Notes: a model not told the origin generated them from the letters alone. A stretch of DNA of 64,000 nt from an uncultured Nitrospinota bacterium (GCA_963707985.1 CAVPRW010000017.1:96001-160000); one strand, 5' to 3'. Shown: positions 1 through 10,974, numbered from the stretch's first letter. Numbers and translations: made by a program.

Positions 1-121
1 AGCGGAAAGCCGCATCGGTCCTCAGGTATTCCAGCATGGCACGATGCTTGCCCTTAGTGTTGAACCATCGTTATCAACCCACCATGTCATGCACCCCCTA
101 CACACAGAAGGAGGCCCTCGC

Positions 122-2019
122 ATGCACCGCGTGCTGCTGTCGGCTGTGCTGTCCCTGAGTGTCCTGCTCAGCCTCCTGGGGCTAGCGCGCCCCGTGCCTG
201 CCGCTGAGTTTGCCTGTGCTGCCGGCGATGTGGCCTGCCTGATCAGCGCGATTAATGGCGCCAATGCGAATGGGGCCGTGAATACCATTACCTTACCGGC
301 GGGCCTCTATCCCCTAACCACCGTGGACAACGACGCCGATGGGCCAACGGGTCTCCCCTCGATCACCAGTACCCTCACGCTCAGAGGCTCGGGGGCGCAG
401 AGCACCGTCATTGAACGGGCGGCCGGTGCTCCACCGTTCCGCCTCCTGCATGTAGCGGCGCTAGGTGTGCTGACCCTGGACGGACTCACCCTGCGGGGAG
501 GGGATGCGGCCACTACGAACGCAGGTGGCGGCATCTGGAACCAAGGCACGCTCACTCTCACCCGCAGTACCCTGAGCGACAATGTGGCGAACAATGGCGG
601 CGGTATCTTCCTCCGCTGGCCCCCTCGACGATCACCAACAGCACGCTGAGTGGCAATGTGGCGAACAGGGGCGGCGGCATCAGGGTCTCTGCTCGGCAGT
701 AATCCCCCTGACGATCACCGATAGCACGCTGCATGGGAACACGGCGAACGGCGGGCGGCGGTATCACCAGCTTCAGTGGCCGACATGACGATCACCAACA
801 GCACGCTGAGCGGCAACGCGGCGAACAGTGGCGGCGGCATCGGCCTGGGCCGTAAGCACTCTGACGCTGACCAACAGCACGGTGACGGGGAACACGGCGA
901 GTCAGGGCGGCGGGATCAGCATACCCGGGTGGGGGGTTTTGGCCCCTGCTGGCCGCGCGACCTTGGGGAACACGATCCTCGCCCAGAACACCGTGCCCCC
1001 GACGGGGACCGGCCCGGATTGTGTCACGAGCAGTGGAGGGCCTAGGGGTCCCGGTCAGGCCACCTCGCAGGGCCATAACCTGATCGGGAATCCCACGGGC
1101 TGCAACATCAGCTGGGCGACGAGCGATCGGACCGGCGACCCGGGCCTGGGCGCCTTCACCGATGACGGCACGCCCGGCCAGGGGTACCTCCCGCTACTCC
1201 CGACCAGTCGGGCGATTGATGCCGGCGATCCGGCGGCGTGTCCGGCAACCGACCAGCTTGGGCAGTCGCGGGTGGGGCCCTGTGACATCGGGGCCATTGA
1301 ATTCCAGCCCCCAGACTTACAAGCCCCGTGGGTGCTTATACCGGGCGGCGGGTTCACCCCGTCCGCTCCGGCGGCCACCAGTTATCAGGATAACCTGGCG
1401 CTCTTCGTGCGGGGCACCGATGACCAGCTGTATGTGAACTGGCTGCTCCCCACCGATCAGTGGACCGGCTGGAGCCTTGTCCCGGGTAGCGGGTTCACCC
1501 CGTCCGCTCCGGCGGCCACCAGTTATCAGGATAACCTGGCGCTCTTCGTGCGGGGCACCGATGACCAGCTGTATGTGAACTGGCTGCTCCCCGACCGATC
1601 AGTGGACCGGCTGGAGCCTTGTCCCGGGTAGCGGGTTCACCCCGTCCGCTCCGGCGGCCACCAGTTATCAGGATAACCTGGCGCTCTTCGTGCGGGGCAC
1701 CGATGACCAGCTGTATGTGAACTGGCTGCTCCCCGACTACCAGTGGACCGGCTGGAGCCTTGTCCCGGGCGGCGGGTTCACCCCGTCCGCTCCGGCCTCT
1801 ACCGTGCTGAATGGCAACCTAGCGCTCTTCGCGCGCGGGGATGACGGTCAGCTCTACGTCAACTGGCTGCTGCCCAACTACCAGTGGGTCGGCTGGGGAC
1901 TTGTGGGTGGGTCGAGCCCATCCACCCCGGCTGGTACCGTCTTCCAGGGCAATCTGGCGCTCTTCGCGCGCGGGGGGGATAGTCACCTCTACGTCAACTT
2001 TTCCCTCACAGGACCGTAA
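122..2019 (+). CDS. Secreted/surface protein: beta-helix GGGI repeats, choice-of-anchor Q-like domain, then five PLL-lectin-like beta-propeller repeats; split by several frameshifts (pseudogene or assembly error)
   Basis: GGAGG before ATG 122; signal peptide MHRVLLSAVLSLSVLLSLLGLARPVPA; repeated STLSxNxA..GGGI units; DPGLG..LPTSRAIDAG..TDQLG..CDIGAIEF motif; W-rich 47-aa repeats LALFVRGTDDQLYVNW. Coding signal passes between ORFs 44-649, 558-788 region, 828-1631 and 1690-2019. Confidence 0.8.
1341..2010 (+). repeat. Tandem 141-bp coding repeats (three near-identical, two diverged)
   Basis: Units start at about 1341, 1482, 1624 and 1765; unit 2 carries one extra G (142 bp), causing the frameshift near 1593. 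Confidence 0.9.
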
Positions 2020-2251
2020 CCTCCGAACGTCAATCACTGAGACTGTGTGATGTTCTCATACAGTAGCCGAGATCACCATAGGTATAGGTGCCGTGGTCGG
2101 AGGGACAGGAGTGCCAGCGGTGACACCAGACCGGTGGGCTTCTGTACTGGTGAGACAGGCCATCGGTAGCACCAAGCTCAGCATTAGCCGATGACGAGCT
2201 GTTGGTGACTCATGTCTCAGGACCTCGCGCCATGACAGTGAGTATCAGCCC

Positions 2252-2482
2252 TCACTGCGTCTCGTCCTTCTCGACCACCTCGTAGGCCTCGGCCGCGACG
2301 GTGGCGATACATTCGGTCCGCATGCGCTCCAGGTACGGCCCCACCTGGTCGGGGTGGCGTTGGCCGAGGTGATAGAGCAGCATCGATCCTTCTGGGCGCT
2401 TGGCAATAGGGAGCCAAGCGGGCAGGACGATGCCGCAGGACCGGCAGCGGTACTGGCGGGTAGACAGGGGCTCAGGGGGCAT
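2252..2482 (-). CDS. Small hypothetical protein, possible zinc finger (CxxC...HxxxxH)
   Basis: 76 aa; YRCRSC and HLGQRH; directly downstream of, and co-oriented with, the nuclease-like gene. Confidence 0.55.
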   Translation of the reverse strand: MPPEPLSTRQYRCRSCGIVLPAWLPIAKRPEGSMLLYHLGQRHPDQVGPYLERMRTECIATVAAEAYEVVEKDETQ

Positions 2483-2491
2483 TGGGTTTGG

Positions 2492-3056
2492 CTACCGCGT
2501 TTGTCGTAATAACACCAAAAACTTTGTCACCACGCCTTCGGCGTTTTCCCAGCACTCGCTGGCAGCAAAGTGTTGGGCGAGGAGGATACCGTGCGCTTGG
2601 AAGAGACGATCGCGCTCGTGATCCTCGGCCGTGCGCGTCGGGGGATGCGCGAGGTCCCCATCCACTTCGAGAATTCCCCACTTGCCTTCAGCACAGGTGA
2701 GGAAGTCGGCTTCACGGTTCTGTCGCTCTCTCAGCCCCAGCCGCGCGAGGCAGTTGGGCAGAAATAGCACTTTGCGCCGGTCCAACTCCTGGGCGATGCG
2801 GATTTCGGTCTGCGAGCGGAAGCGGAGATTATTCCAGGTAAGCACGTGGGTTTTATGGGAAAACTGGAGCCCTTGATTCGTGACCCACTCTCCACGGAGC
2901 GCGGCGAGCAATTCCTGTCGCCACTGCGCCGTCACCTGGACTAAGTTAGCTTTGACGATAAATTGAACGTCATCATCGATGAGTGCGTGAAAGGCTCTTC
3001 TGATGGAGGTACAGATGCTAACCTCTTCAATAAGCTCATCTGGGACTTCGGAATCC
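2492..3056 (-). pseudogene. PD-(D/E)XK / very-short-patch-type nuclease-like protein, 5' end truncated by an IS
   Basis: FRSQTE...EADF...GILEVDG...H...DHERDRLF motifs; the frame stays open upstream of 2935 (DSEVPDELIEE...) right up to the IS end at 3057 with no start/RBS. Confidence 0.6.
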
Positions 3057-4417
3057 CTGACTCTATCGGATTTCGTGGTTCATCATCTTCGTCCTCCCAT
3101 GGAGGAGGCGATGAGCAGGTTGTGGAGCCAGTGGGGGTGAGTACTCGAAGCCGTTAAGGTCGTGGAACGGCGAGCGACGCGTCCGATCGTCGCGGCGACA
3201 GCGAGCCCCGTACGGATGGAAGTTCCACGGCACGGCCATGGCACGCACGGCGAGGCGGGCGGCATCGGGCGTGCCGTGCAGTCGCGCATCGCGAGAGGCG
3301 CCGGTCCTGATGGTTCAGGAGCCGATCGAGGGCGTTGGAGGTCCGAGGCGCACCAGGGAAGCGGTACGCGTGCACGAACTGTGGGCCCTGGCGGCAGAGC
3401 TTGAGGACCATGTGCCGGACGCGCCCTCTCGGACAGGCGCGTCGTCGCCCACTCGCGCAGACGGCGCAGCCGCTGGGAGCACTGGGCCCTTGTGCAGGCG
3501 TCATCGACCTCCCAGACCCGGTCCAGGACGAGCGTGCGCAGCGCAAGGTCGCGCCCACCGCGCTCGGCGACGTTGCGGACCGAGTGCAGGAAACACAGGA
3601 TGCTGCAGACGGCCGGAAAGAGGCTCCTCCAGGCGCTCTGCGTGCCGTCCCAGCCGTCAGTGCACACCGTCTGAGGGCGGTCGGCAGGCGCAAAGCGTGC
3701 GGGCCTCCTGGGCACACGCTCCGGACGCGGCCTCCAGAGCTTCGGCCGAGGCCGCTTCGGCCACGGCGGCACCGAGGAGGCCGCCGCCGTCCCACCGTGG
3801 TCGGCACCTAGACCTCGTGTGCCCGAGCGCCCAGGTGTGCTTCTCGTCGGCGAGCAGGTGCTCGGGCAGCTTCTCGGGCTGCTTGACGGTGCTGCCGACG
3901 ATGGAGGGCCGTCCCAAGGCGACCTCGGCTCGAGACCAGACCATCGGGCCGCGTCCGCACACGTCGCAGCGCGCGGCGCAGGGCACGCCCCAGTGGCGCA
4001 GGTCGAGGGCCTTCTCCCCCTCGTCGGTACGGGCGACCATGGAAGGCAGCAGGCACGAGGGTCGTCTCTGCAAGAGCTGCCCCGTGGCCGTGAGCTCGAT
4101 GCGGCGCGTCCCGAGCGGCTGCTTGATCGACCAACGCTGGTCGTGGAACCTGAAGCCCTCGGCGAAGCGCTCGGGCAACAGTGCCGGAGGCTCCCTGTGC
4201 CGCGCTCCCAGATGCTGGCGCACGCACTCCGGCTCGGCGACACAGGCCGTAGAGTGGTCTTCGCTTGCGAAGGGCACGCAGATACTTTTTCCCGGGAGGG
4301 TTCCATCACTTCCTCCCCACGCTGCGGTTTCGACACCCCCACAGGATGGGGTCAGCGGTGGAATCATCCTCTTGTTTGCAAAGGCTCTTCACCAACCACG
4401 AAATCCGCTGGAGTCAG
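3057..4417 (-). mobile_element. Insertion sequence copy 1, DDE transposase (family uncertain; mutator/IS256/ISH6-like), frameshifted
   Basis: 24-bp terminal IRs CTGACTCTATCGGATTTCGTGGTT (3057-3080) and AACCACGAAATCCGCTGGAGTCAG (4394-4417); ADEK, TDGW, CFLH and RTSNALDR motifs; closely related copy at 29724-31080; no target duplication seen. Confidence 0.85.
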
Positions 4418-5404
4418 CATCGTCTGAGGCAAGAACACACACGTCTTCGGATGGCGCGCGAGATGTTGCAGAAGGCCGCCCTTGTTTTCGCCACAGAGGC
4501 GAGTTGAGGTACGCGTGTATCGCCGCAGTGCAAACGACCTGGCCGGTGGCCTTGTGGTGCGAGGTCATGCCGGTGAGTCGCCGTGGGTTTTATGCCGACG
4601 AGCCTCGCCAAGCGCACCGGACTATTGCTCGTGTCAAGTTGGAGCTGTTGCGCAGGGTCAAAGCCATGGCCTCGGATACGCGTCAGAGTGTATGGCCGCC
4701 GTCGCCTGGCCAAGCCACTCCAAGATGAGGGGTGTTCAGTGGGTCGAGCCAAGGCTCGCCGCTTGATGACAGAGGCGGGCGTGTCGGTGCGACGCCCCAG
4801 GGCTCCCAGTCCTGTGACCACCGACAGCCGGCATGGGTCTGGGGTAGCCGACCACGTGTTGGGCCGTCAGTGTGATGTGGCCAGGCCTGATCAAGCCTGG
4901 GCGGGTGACATCACAGATATATGGACAGCTGAGGGCTGGTTATATCTGTCGGTACTGTTGGATTTATATGCACGCAAAGTAGTGGGCTGGGCCATGAGCA
5001 GTCATATCGATACGGATTTGGTACAGAATGCGTTCGAGATGGCACTGGGACGTCGCATGCCCTCCGCCGGTCTGTGGCACCATTCGGACCGAGGGAGTCA
5101 ATAGGCCAGTCATGCGTATCGAAACCTGCTGGCGGACCATGGGATCACCTGCAGTATGAGTGGCAAGGGGGACTGTCTTGACCATGCCGTGGCCGAGCGG
5201 TGTTTCGGTAGCTTAAAGCGCGAATGGACGTCGCACGGTGATGACGCCACACGTCAAGACGCCAAAGGCGATATCATCGCTGACATCGAGATGTTCTATA
5301 ACAGTAGGCGGAAGCATTCGTATCTCGGGTATGTCAGTCCGAATGACTACGAAAGATTTTCTCTGGTAGCTTAACTTTGTGTCCGTTTTTCCTTGACCAG
5401 AACA
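4418..5404 (+). mobile_element. IS3-family remnant (end of orfA plus degraded orfB integrase core); left end lost
   Basis: WAGDITxIWTAEGWLYL, HHSDRGSQ*, DxAVAERxFGSLKRE and FYNSRRKHSYLGYVSP motifs; in-frame TAG at 5102-5104; ends in ...TTGACCAGAACA. Confidence 0.9.
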
Positions 5405-6004
5405 AGAGAGCCTTCCCTAAGCCCAGGTTTGGGCTCAAGCGAAGGGTTCAACCTGGAGCTTGGTTGGGAAGGGAAAACTCTTGCGTTGTGCCATTACTGG
5501 GCGGCGCAAAAAATACAGCAGCTGCATGTGTCTTCTTCTTTCACACAAGGGTTTACATCCATTGATTTGACCTTCCTAAGAAACGCTGCCGAGACTAAAG
5601 ACTGTCGTGAGTTTGCGCGCATAGTAAGGACGGTTAACTGGAGTCATTATCCGCCGGCAGAGCTTACGCATGCCATCGACTTGGCACTGGCATTGGACAT
5701 GGTGCAGCTGGCGAAGGAACTTGCTCAGGAAGGGCGCAAGCTATTTCCCCGCAATGAACGAATTCAACGAGCCGCAGATTCCTTATTGCCATCATTCTTT
5801 ATGCGGACCCGTCCTAGTGAAATAACGGATGTCGAGAGTTCCCAGCACTGGCTAGAGCACCATGCTTCTCACTATCGAGGACAATGGGTGGCTGTGCGTG
5901 CTGGGATACTCGTAGGAGCAGCTCCGACAGTCGAGGCGTTATACCAGCAGATTGGGCCACAGGGGAGAACACCCAATACGATCGTCGTGAAGGTGTTATC
6001 ATAA
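5405..6004 (+). CDS. Protein with a C-terminal DUF5678-like domain; N-terminus probably cut by the IS3
   Basis: WLEHHASHYRGQWVAVRAGILVGAA motif; its stop codon overlaps the next ATG (TAATG). Confidence 0.6.
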   Translation, partial: REPSLSPGLGSSEGFNLELGWEGKTLALCHYWAAQKIQQLHVSSSFTQGFTSIDLTFLRNAAETKDCREFARIVRTVNWSHYPPAELTHAIDLALALDMVQLAKELAQEGRKLFPRNERIQRAADSLLPSFFMRTRPSEITDVESSQHWLEHHASHYRGQWVAVRAGILVGAAPTVEALYQQIGPQGRTPNTIVVKVLS

Positions 6005-6489
6005 TGGCTCGGGCGGACGCCTTTCGATTTCATTCCTCACTGCTGAACAATGGGTTTGGAGTTGGGGCAACACGCTATGCGGACCATTATCCCGGCGAGG
6101 AAGGTACTGCGCGCATTGTCATCCGAGCCATCCCCGAGGGTGGTGATACGATACCAATGATCGTCGACACAGGTGCCCCCTGGTGTGTCATAGACCCAGA
6201 GCTTGCAGATATTTGGGGGCTAGTATCTGGGGAGGCCTATCGACCGGATGTAAGGCTCCATATCCGAGGTGACTCTTACCGTGGGAGCTTGGTTCTGGTC
6301 CATATAGAACTGCAGGCGGATGTCGGTCAAAATTTGGCTGTTCCTGCTACAGTCTTTATTCCAGAGCTTGAGCCGGGACAGGTTTGGAACATGCCAAATT
6401 TCATCGGACTCACTGGGTTGTTAGAGCGTGTGAGGTTTGCTGTAGATGCCCCAGAGAACGCCTTCTATTTTGGCCCTGCGGATGTCTAG
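6004..6489 (+). CDS. Retropepsin-like (clan AA) aspartyl protease family protein
   Basis: MIVDTGAPWCVI catalytic DTG motif; C-terminal FIGLTGLLERVRF motif. Confidence 0.75.
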   Translation: MARADAFRFHSSLLNNGFGVGATRYADHYPGEEGTARIVIRAIPEGGDTIPMIVDTGAPWCVIDPELADIWGLVSGEAYRPDVRLHIRGDSYRGSLVLVHIELQADVGQNLAVPATVFIPELEPGQVWNMPNFIGLTGLLERVRFAVDAPENAFYFGPADV

Positions 6490-6501
6490 ACGGCTGATTC
6501 C

Positions 6502-6570
6502 GGTAGTGTGTCACTTTGCCTCTGAACTCATTGCTATATTTGGAAAAAAAATTCAAACTGAGACACTACC
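6502..6570. mobile_element. 69-bp MITE-like miniature element
   Basis: 17-bp IRs GGTAGTGTGTCACTTTG / CAAACTGAGACACTACC (15/17 match); perfect 8-bp flanking duplication CTGATTCC at 6494-6501 and 6571-6578. Confidence 0.85.
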
Positions 6571-6595
6571 CTGATTCCCGATGGTTTGACTCCAA

Positions 6596-6625
6596 CAGGC
6601 CCCCCGTGAATTTCCGGGGGGCCTG
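6596..6625. terminator. Probable intrinsic terminator hairpin between convergent genes
   Basis: Perfect 11-bp stem CAGGCCCCCCG/CGGGGGGCCTG with an 8-nt loop; weak U tract. Confidence 0.6.
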
Positions 6626-6654
6626 GAAGGTTCCGGCGCGTGCCATCAACTTGC

Positions 6655-8220
6655 TCAGGGCTGCTTCAGACGCACCTCTTCATAGGGCGCGGCCCAGGGG
6701 TAGGGCTTGATCAACCACAGCCCCGACTCCTGCACCCGTGGCCCGATGCCACTCGGCCACACGAAGACGAAGATGGGGGCAAACATGGCGCGTTCGTGGA
6801 TCAGTTGCTGGATCTGGTGCAGGATGGCCTCGCGCTTGCTGCGGTCGACCTCCACGTCCTGTTGCCAGAACAGCTCGTCGATGTCGGGATAGCCTCCCCA
6901 GGCGAGCGTTCCCGTGCTCACTACCGATTCTTCGATGCGTGTGGCAGCATTGCCATAGCGACTGCCGCCAAGGATCGCTAGCCCACGCAGTTGCTTGGCG
7001 TTCTGCGCCGCCTGAAACGCTGCCCGCTCCATCATGCGGAGCTTGGTCCGAATGCCTACCGCGGCCAAATAATTGGCCACCATCTCTCCACGCGTGAAAA
7101 AGGGCGGACCTGGGGTCAAGTCTCCCGCATCGAAGCCGTTAGGATAGCCCGCCTCGGCCAACAGCTGTTTCGCCTTGACCGGATCGTAGGGAGAGGGTTC
7201 GATGGGGAGCGCGAACTCGAATTCACGCGGGATGATGCTGCCCGTGGGGATGGAAGCCCCCAGTGTCTCCGCTTCGCTAATGGCCTGGCCATCGATAGCG
7301 TAGTTCGCTGCCAGTCGTACCCGTCGGTCGTACCATGGGGACTTGGGGTCCCACTGGCCCTCGAGGAAATTCAGCGCGGCATTGCCGATCCCCCCGGAGA
7401 ACGCCAAGCGGAGCTTTGGATCCCGCTTCACCTCCTCGCCATGGGCGGCGTCCAGGTAGTAGGCGACATCGACCTCTCCCTTTTTGAGCATCGCCATCCG
7501 CGTGGTGGCGTCCACCACGCTTTTAAGGGTGAGGCGCTTGACGTGGGGCATCTTGCGCCAATACCCTTCATAGGCTTCTACAACGAGCTCGACGCCGGGC
7601 GTGTGGCTGACAAACTTATAGGGCCCCAGGCCGATCGGGTGCTTCCTGAAACCGTCGTCCCCCACCTGCTCGAAGTAGCGTTTCGGGACGATCCACCCCG
7701 CCGCCGTGGCCATCGTTCCATAAAAAGTCATAAAATCCGGCCATGGTTGGTGCAGATGGAAACGCACCCTGTGAGGATCGACGATCTCCACCTCCCGGAC
7801 GCGCTCGTGGAGGATCTTGGATTTGTAGCGCAGGAAGCTGAATTTCACATCCTCAGCAGTGAATGGGTCGCCGTTATGAAACTTCAAGCCCTCACGTAGT
7901 TTGAATTCATAGACTAGATGATCGGCGCTCTCCGTCCACGACTCTGCCAGGCTGGGCACCATCAAGTTGTCGGGCATCGGTCTGACGAGCGCATCATGCA
8001 ATGCATAGCAGAACCAGAAAGGCGTGAGACCGACCATGGCCACCTCTGCCGGATCGAACCAGGCGGGGGAAATGGTCACGTACACGGCATAGCTCATCTC
8101 CCCTTCCGGCTTGTAGGTGGGCGCTCCCGCCCCTAGGACTCCTGTCAGCAAGAGGCCAACTATACCCATGACAGCCAACAAGGTCCACCAACGACGACGT
8201 ATGCGAGTTTTCACCTGCAT
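6655..8220 (-). CDS. ABC transporter substrate-binding protein, family 5 (peptide/nickel)
   Basis: Signal peptide; PSLAESW, LREGLKFHNGDPFTAEDVKFS, PIGLGPYK and AKQLLAEAGYPNGF motifs. Confidence 0.95.
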   Translation of the reverse strand: MQVKTRIRRRWWTLLAVMGIVGLLLTGVLGAGAPTYKPEGEMSYAVYVTISPAWFDPAEVAMVGLTPFWFCYALHDALVRPMPDNLMVPSLAESWTESADHLVYEFKLREGLKFHNGDPFTAEDVKFSFLRYKSKILHERVREVEIVDPHRVRFHLHQPWPDFMTFYGTMATAAGWIVPKRYFEQVGDDGFRKHPIGLGPYKFVSHTPGVELVVEAYEGYWRKMPHVKRLTLKSVVDATTRMAMLKKGEVDVAYYLDAAHGEEVKRDPKLRLAFSGGIGNAALNFLEGQWDPKSPWYDRRVRLAANYAIDGQAISEAETLGASIPTGSIIPREFEFALPIEPSPYDPVKAKQLLAEAGYPNGFDAGDLTPGPPFFTRGEMVANYLAAVGIRTKLRMMERAAFQAAQNAKQLRGLAILGGSRYGNAATRIEESVVSTGTLAWGGYPDIDELFWQQDVEVDRSKREAILHQIQQLIHERAMFAPIFVFVWPSGIGPRVQESGLWLIKPYPWAAPYEEVRLKQP

Positions 8221-8632
8221 TGTGTTCCCCCCCTTCTCTGGCTGTTTCAGGGCGGTGGAGAGTCCCTCGCTAGCAACTTGCTGCCTCTCATCCCTGCTTT
8301 AGGCGCACATCTTTCAACGGTGCAGACCAGGGATAGGGGTTGATCAACCTCAGTGCCGGCTCCTCCACGCGCAGCCCGATGCCGCTGGGCCAATGGAAAA
8401 ATGAGGCGGGATCTGGTGCGGTTCTTCAGGGCAGACCAACTACTTCGCCAGCAGCGAACCACGAGGGAGACAGGGCGACATACAACGCCCAGCGCATCTC
8501 ACCTTCCGGTTTGTAAAGGGATGCCGCCGCGGCATAGAGGGCGGTCTCCCTACAGGCACACCACTACAGCAATGCTAGGCCTATCAACCCGAGCACCCTG
8601 CTCCCTCGGACTCGCATCTATGTGCTTTCCTC

Positions 8633-9139
8633 TCAGCCCACCGGCTGCTGCGCCCCCCGAGAGGGTCCCAGACTCGTCTCGAACGACTGGGCGAAATCCA
8701 GTAACTCCTCATTGGGTTGGTCCAAATCGATGGGTGCACCCAGTGGCTGGCGCACGTTGTATGGAGTGGTGTAATACAGCTCGACACGATTGTCTTCCGG
8801 GTCGTAGAAATAGACGCTGCAAGCAATTCCGTGCGTCACTGTGCGGTCAATCCGCATGCCCTCTTGCTGCAGCCGATGGTAGAAGCCGCGCACATCATCC
8901 AGGCTCTTGACCTTAAAGGAAACCTGCTGCACATTGGTCGTCTTCTGCGAAGGGTCTTTCGCCCGTGCCAGGGCTAGCTCATGGTGCTCGGCCTGAGGGT
9001 CGGCACTGAGGAAGACAATCCCCCGCTCCATGTCCTCGTCGGTGATGGTGAGACCCATCACTTCTGAATAAAAGCGCCGCATCTTCATCAGATCGTTGCA
9101 AAACAGTCCCACGTGGCCCAAACGGCTAATTTGTGGCAT
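8633..9139 (-). CDS. VOC/glyoxalase family protein
   Basis: LGHVGL...FYSEVMGL, HHELAL and SVYFYDPEDNRVELY motifs. Confidence 0.9.
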   Translation of the reverse strand: MPQISRLGHVGLFCNDLMKMRRFYSEVMGLTITDEDMERGIVFLSADPQAEHHELALARAKDPSQKTTNVQQVSFKVKSLDDVRGFYHRLQQEGMRIDRTVTHGIACSVYFYDPEDNRVELYYTTPYNVRQPLGAPIDLDQPNEELLDFAQSFETSLGPSRGAQQPVG

Positions 9140-9578
9140 CCTGGACTCCTCCCGTCAACACGATGTTCGCATCACAAAGGGTGGTCGAACCACGGTGGTG
9201 CTCTCGGCGGTGTCCCCAGGAGTGGTCGACCGTGACTCCAGATCGGCACGTATGACCGTGCCAAGACTGGTGTCTCAATACGACAGATGTCGAGCCATGT
9301 CAAGCGAAATTCACCGCCGTATCGCCACGCATGACGCCTGGGGCGCATACGTCGGAGATCTGCGCGAGTCCGACCGACACAGCACGCTATCGACGGCAGA
9401 TGAGACCTTCAGCTCAGCGTTGGAGCATGGACTTACTGATGAATGCGCCAGTAGTATTTCTGGTGGACATCGTGGGCAAGTCTTGCTACTCTGCTGCCGC
9501 GCATAAAACTAAAGATTCGGTAGGCGCCTGGCGGGCGCACGACACCGCAGCTGTACACTGCAGATAGCGAGGTGATAG

Positions 9579-10526
9579 ATGGTAACATTAGGCACTGGAT
9601 CGTTCACCTACGAGGTGGTCGAGAACTGGGCGAAGCTGCCCGATGGCTGGTCATTCAAGGAAGTGGGCGGGGTCGGAGTCGATGCCCAGGACAACGTCTA
9701 CGTGTTCAATCGCGGCGTGCACCCCGTGATGATTTTCGATCGCCAGGGAAACTTCCGACGCTCATGGGGCGAGGGCATTTTTCCGCGGGCGCACGGCATC
9801 ACCATGTGCCCCGACGACACGATGTTCCTCAGCGATGACGGCGACCACACCGTCCGCAAATGCACCCTCGACGGCAAGGTGCTGTTGACGCTCGGTACGA
9901 GTGGCAAACCGGCTCCCTTCATGAGCGGAGACCCGTTTAACCGCTGTACGCACGTGGCCATCGATCCCCGCAATGGGGATTTCTACGTGTCCGATGGCTA
10001 CGGCAACGCCCGTGTACATAAGTATACCCCCGAGGGCAAGCTCCTGTTCTCCTGGGGCGAGTCGGGCACGGATCCGGGTGAGTTTAACATCTCGCACAAC
10101 ATCGCCACGGATAAGGACGGCTGGGTCTATGTCGCCGACCGGGAAAACCACCGCGTGCAGGTGTTCGACTCCAACGGCAAGTTTGAGACGCAGTGGGTCA
10201 ATATGGCCCGCCCGTGTGGCCTGTATCTCGATCAGGCCTCGGAGTTCGCCTATATCGGCGAGCTCGGCGCCGCCATCGGCGCCAATGCCGAGGGGCGTAA
10301 ACTCGGCCCCCGCGTCAGTATCTACAATACCCGAGGCCAGTTGATGGCACGCTTAGGCGGTGAGGGGGAAGGTGAAATCCCGGGGCGATTCATTGCGCCG
10401 CATGGCGTGTGCATCGATTCCCATGGTGATATCTACGTCGGCGAAGTCTCCTGGACGCACACGGGGAGCAGGCTGAATCCGCCACGGGAAATACGCTCGC
10501 TACAGAAGCTGGCCCGCCAGGGGTAG
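9579..10526 (+). CDS. NHL-repeat protein, peptidyl-alpha-hydroxyglycine alpha-amidating lyase (PAL)-like
   Basis: YVSDGYGNARVHKY, YVADRENHRVQVFD and GVCIDSHGDIYVGEV repeats. Confidence 0.9.
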   Translation: MVTLGTGSFTYEVVENWAKLPDGWSFKEVGGVGVDAQDNVYVFNRGVHPVMIFDRQGNFRRSWGEGIFPRAHGITMCPDDTMFLSDDGDHTVRKCTLDGKVLLTLGTSGKPAPFMSGDPFNRCTHVAIDPRNGDFYVSDGYGNARVHKYTPEGKLLFSWGESGTDPGEFNISHNIATDKDGWVYVADRENHRVQVFDSNGKFETQWVNMARPCGLYLDQASEFAYIGELGAAIGANAEGRKLGPRVSIYNTRGQLMARLGGEGEGEIPGRFIAPHGVCIDSHGDIYVGEVSWTHTGSRLNPPREIRSLQKLARQG

Positions 10527-10532
10527 CTCAAG

Positions 10533-10974
10533 TCGCTGACACGACCACGATGCTTTCCTATGTGCTGCATCGGCGTCCACATGGCGGCGGCGTTGCCGGC
10601 AGTGCGAAGGTAGTCTCGGGGGAAGGAGATCCTATGTACGCCATTTTCGTGACCATCAAAATCAAGCCGGGGTTTGCGGATAGGTTCAAGGAAGCGAGTC
10701 TTGGCGACGGCCAGGGCTCGGTGCGTGATGAACCTGGCTGCCTGCGCTTCGACCTGCACCAGAGTCTGTCGGATGCCAATACCTTCCATTTGTACGAGGT
10801 GTACGAGAATCAGGACGCTCATCTGAATGCCCACCGCAGTGCCCCACACTATCTCAAGTGGCGCGAGACGGTGCAGGAGTGGTTCGATGGCGAGCCGCAG
10901 CGCTTCGCGATGACGACCGTGTTTCCCTCAGATGACGGCTGGAGGAAGCAGAAGCCACATCTGCTGAACTGGTA
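10533..10974 (+). repeat. Left 442-bp direct repeat (partner at 37482-37923)
   Basis: Ungapped match at offset 26949 with about 15 mismatches counted by eye. Confidence 0.95.

Noticed and set aside
1341..2010. Regular repeats as a CRISPR array
   Set aside because: Units are 141-bp coding repeats with no unique spacers, and no cas genes are present.
3083..4728. Long alternative-frame ORFs over the IS elements (3238-4728 +, 3083-4342 -; also 29699-31183 -)
   Set aside because: Shadow ORFs of GC-rich transposase sequence with no recognisable motifs.
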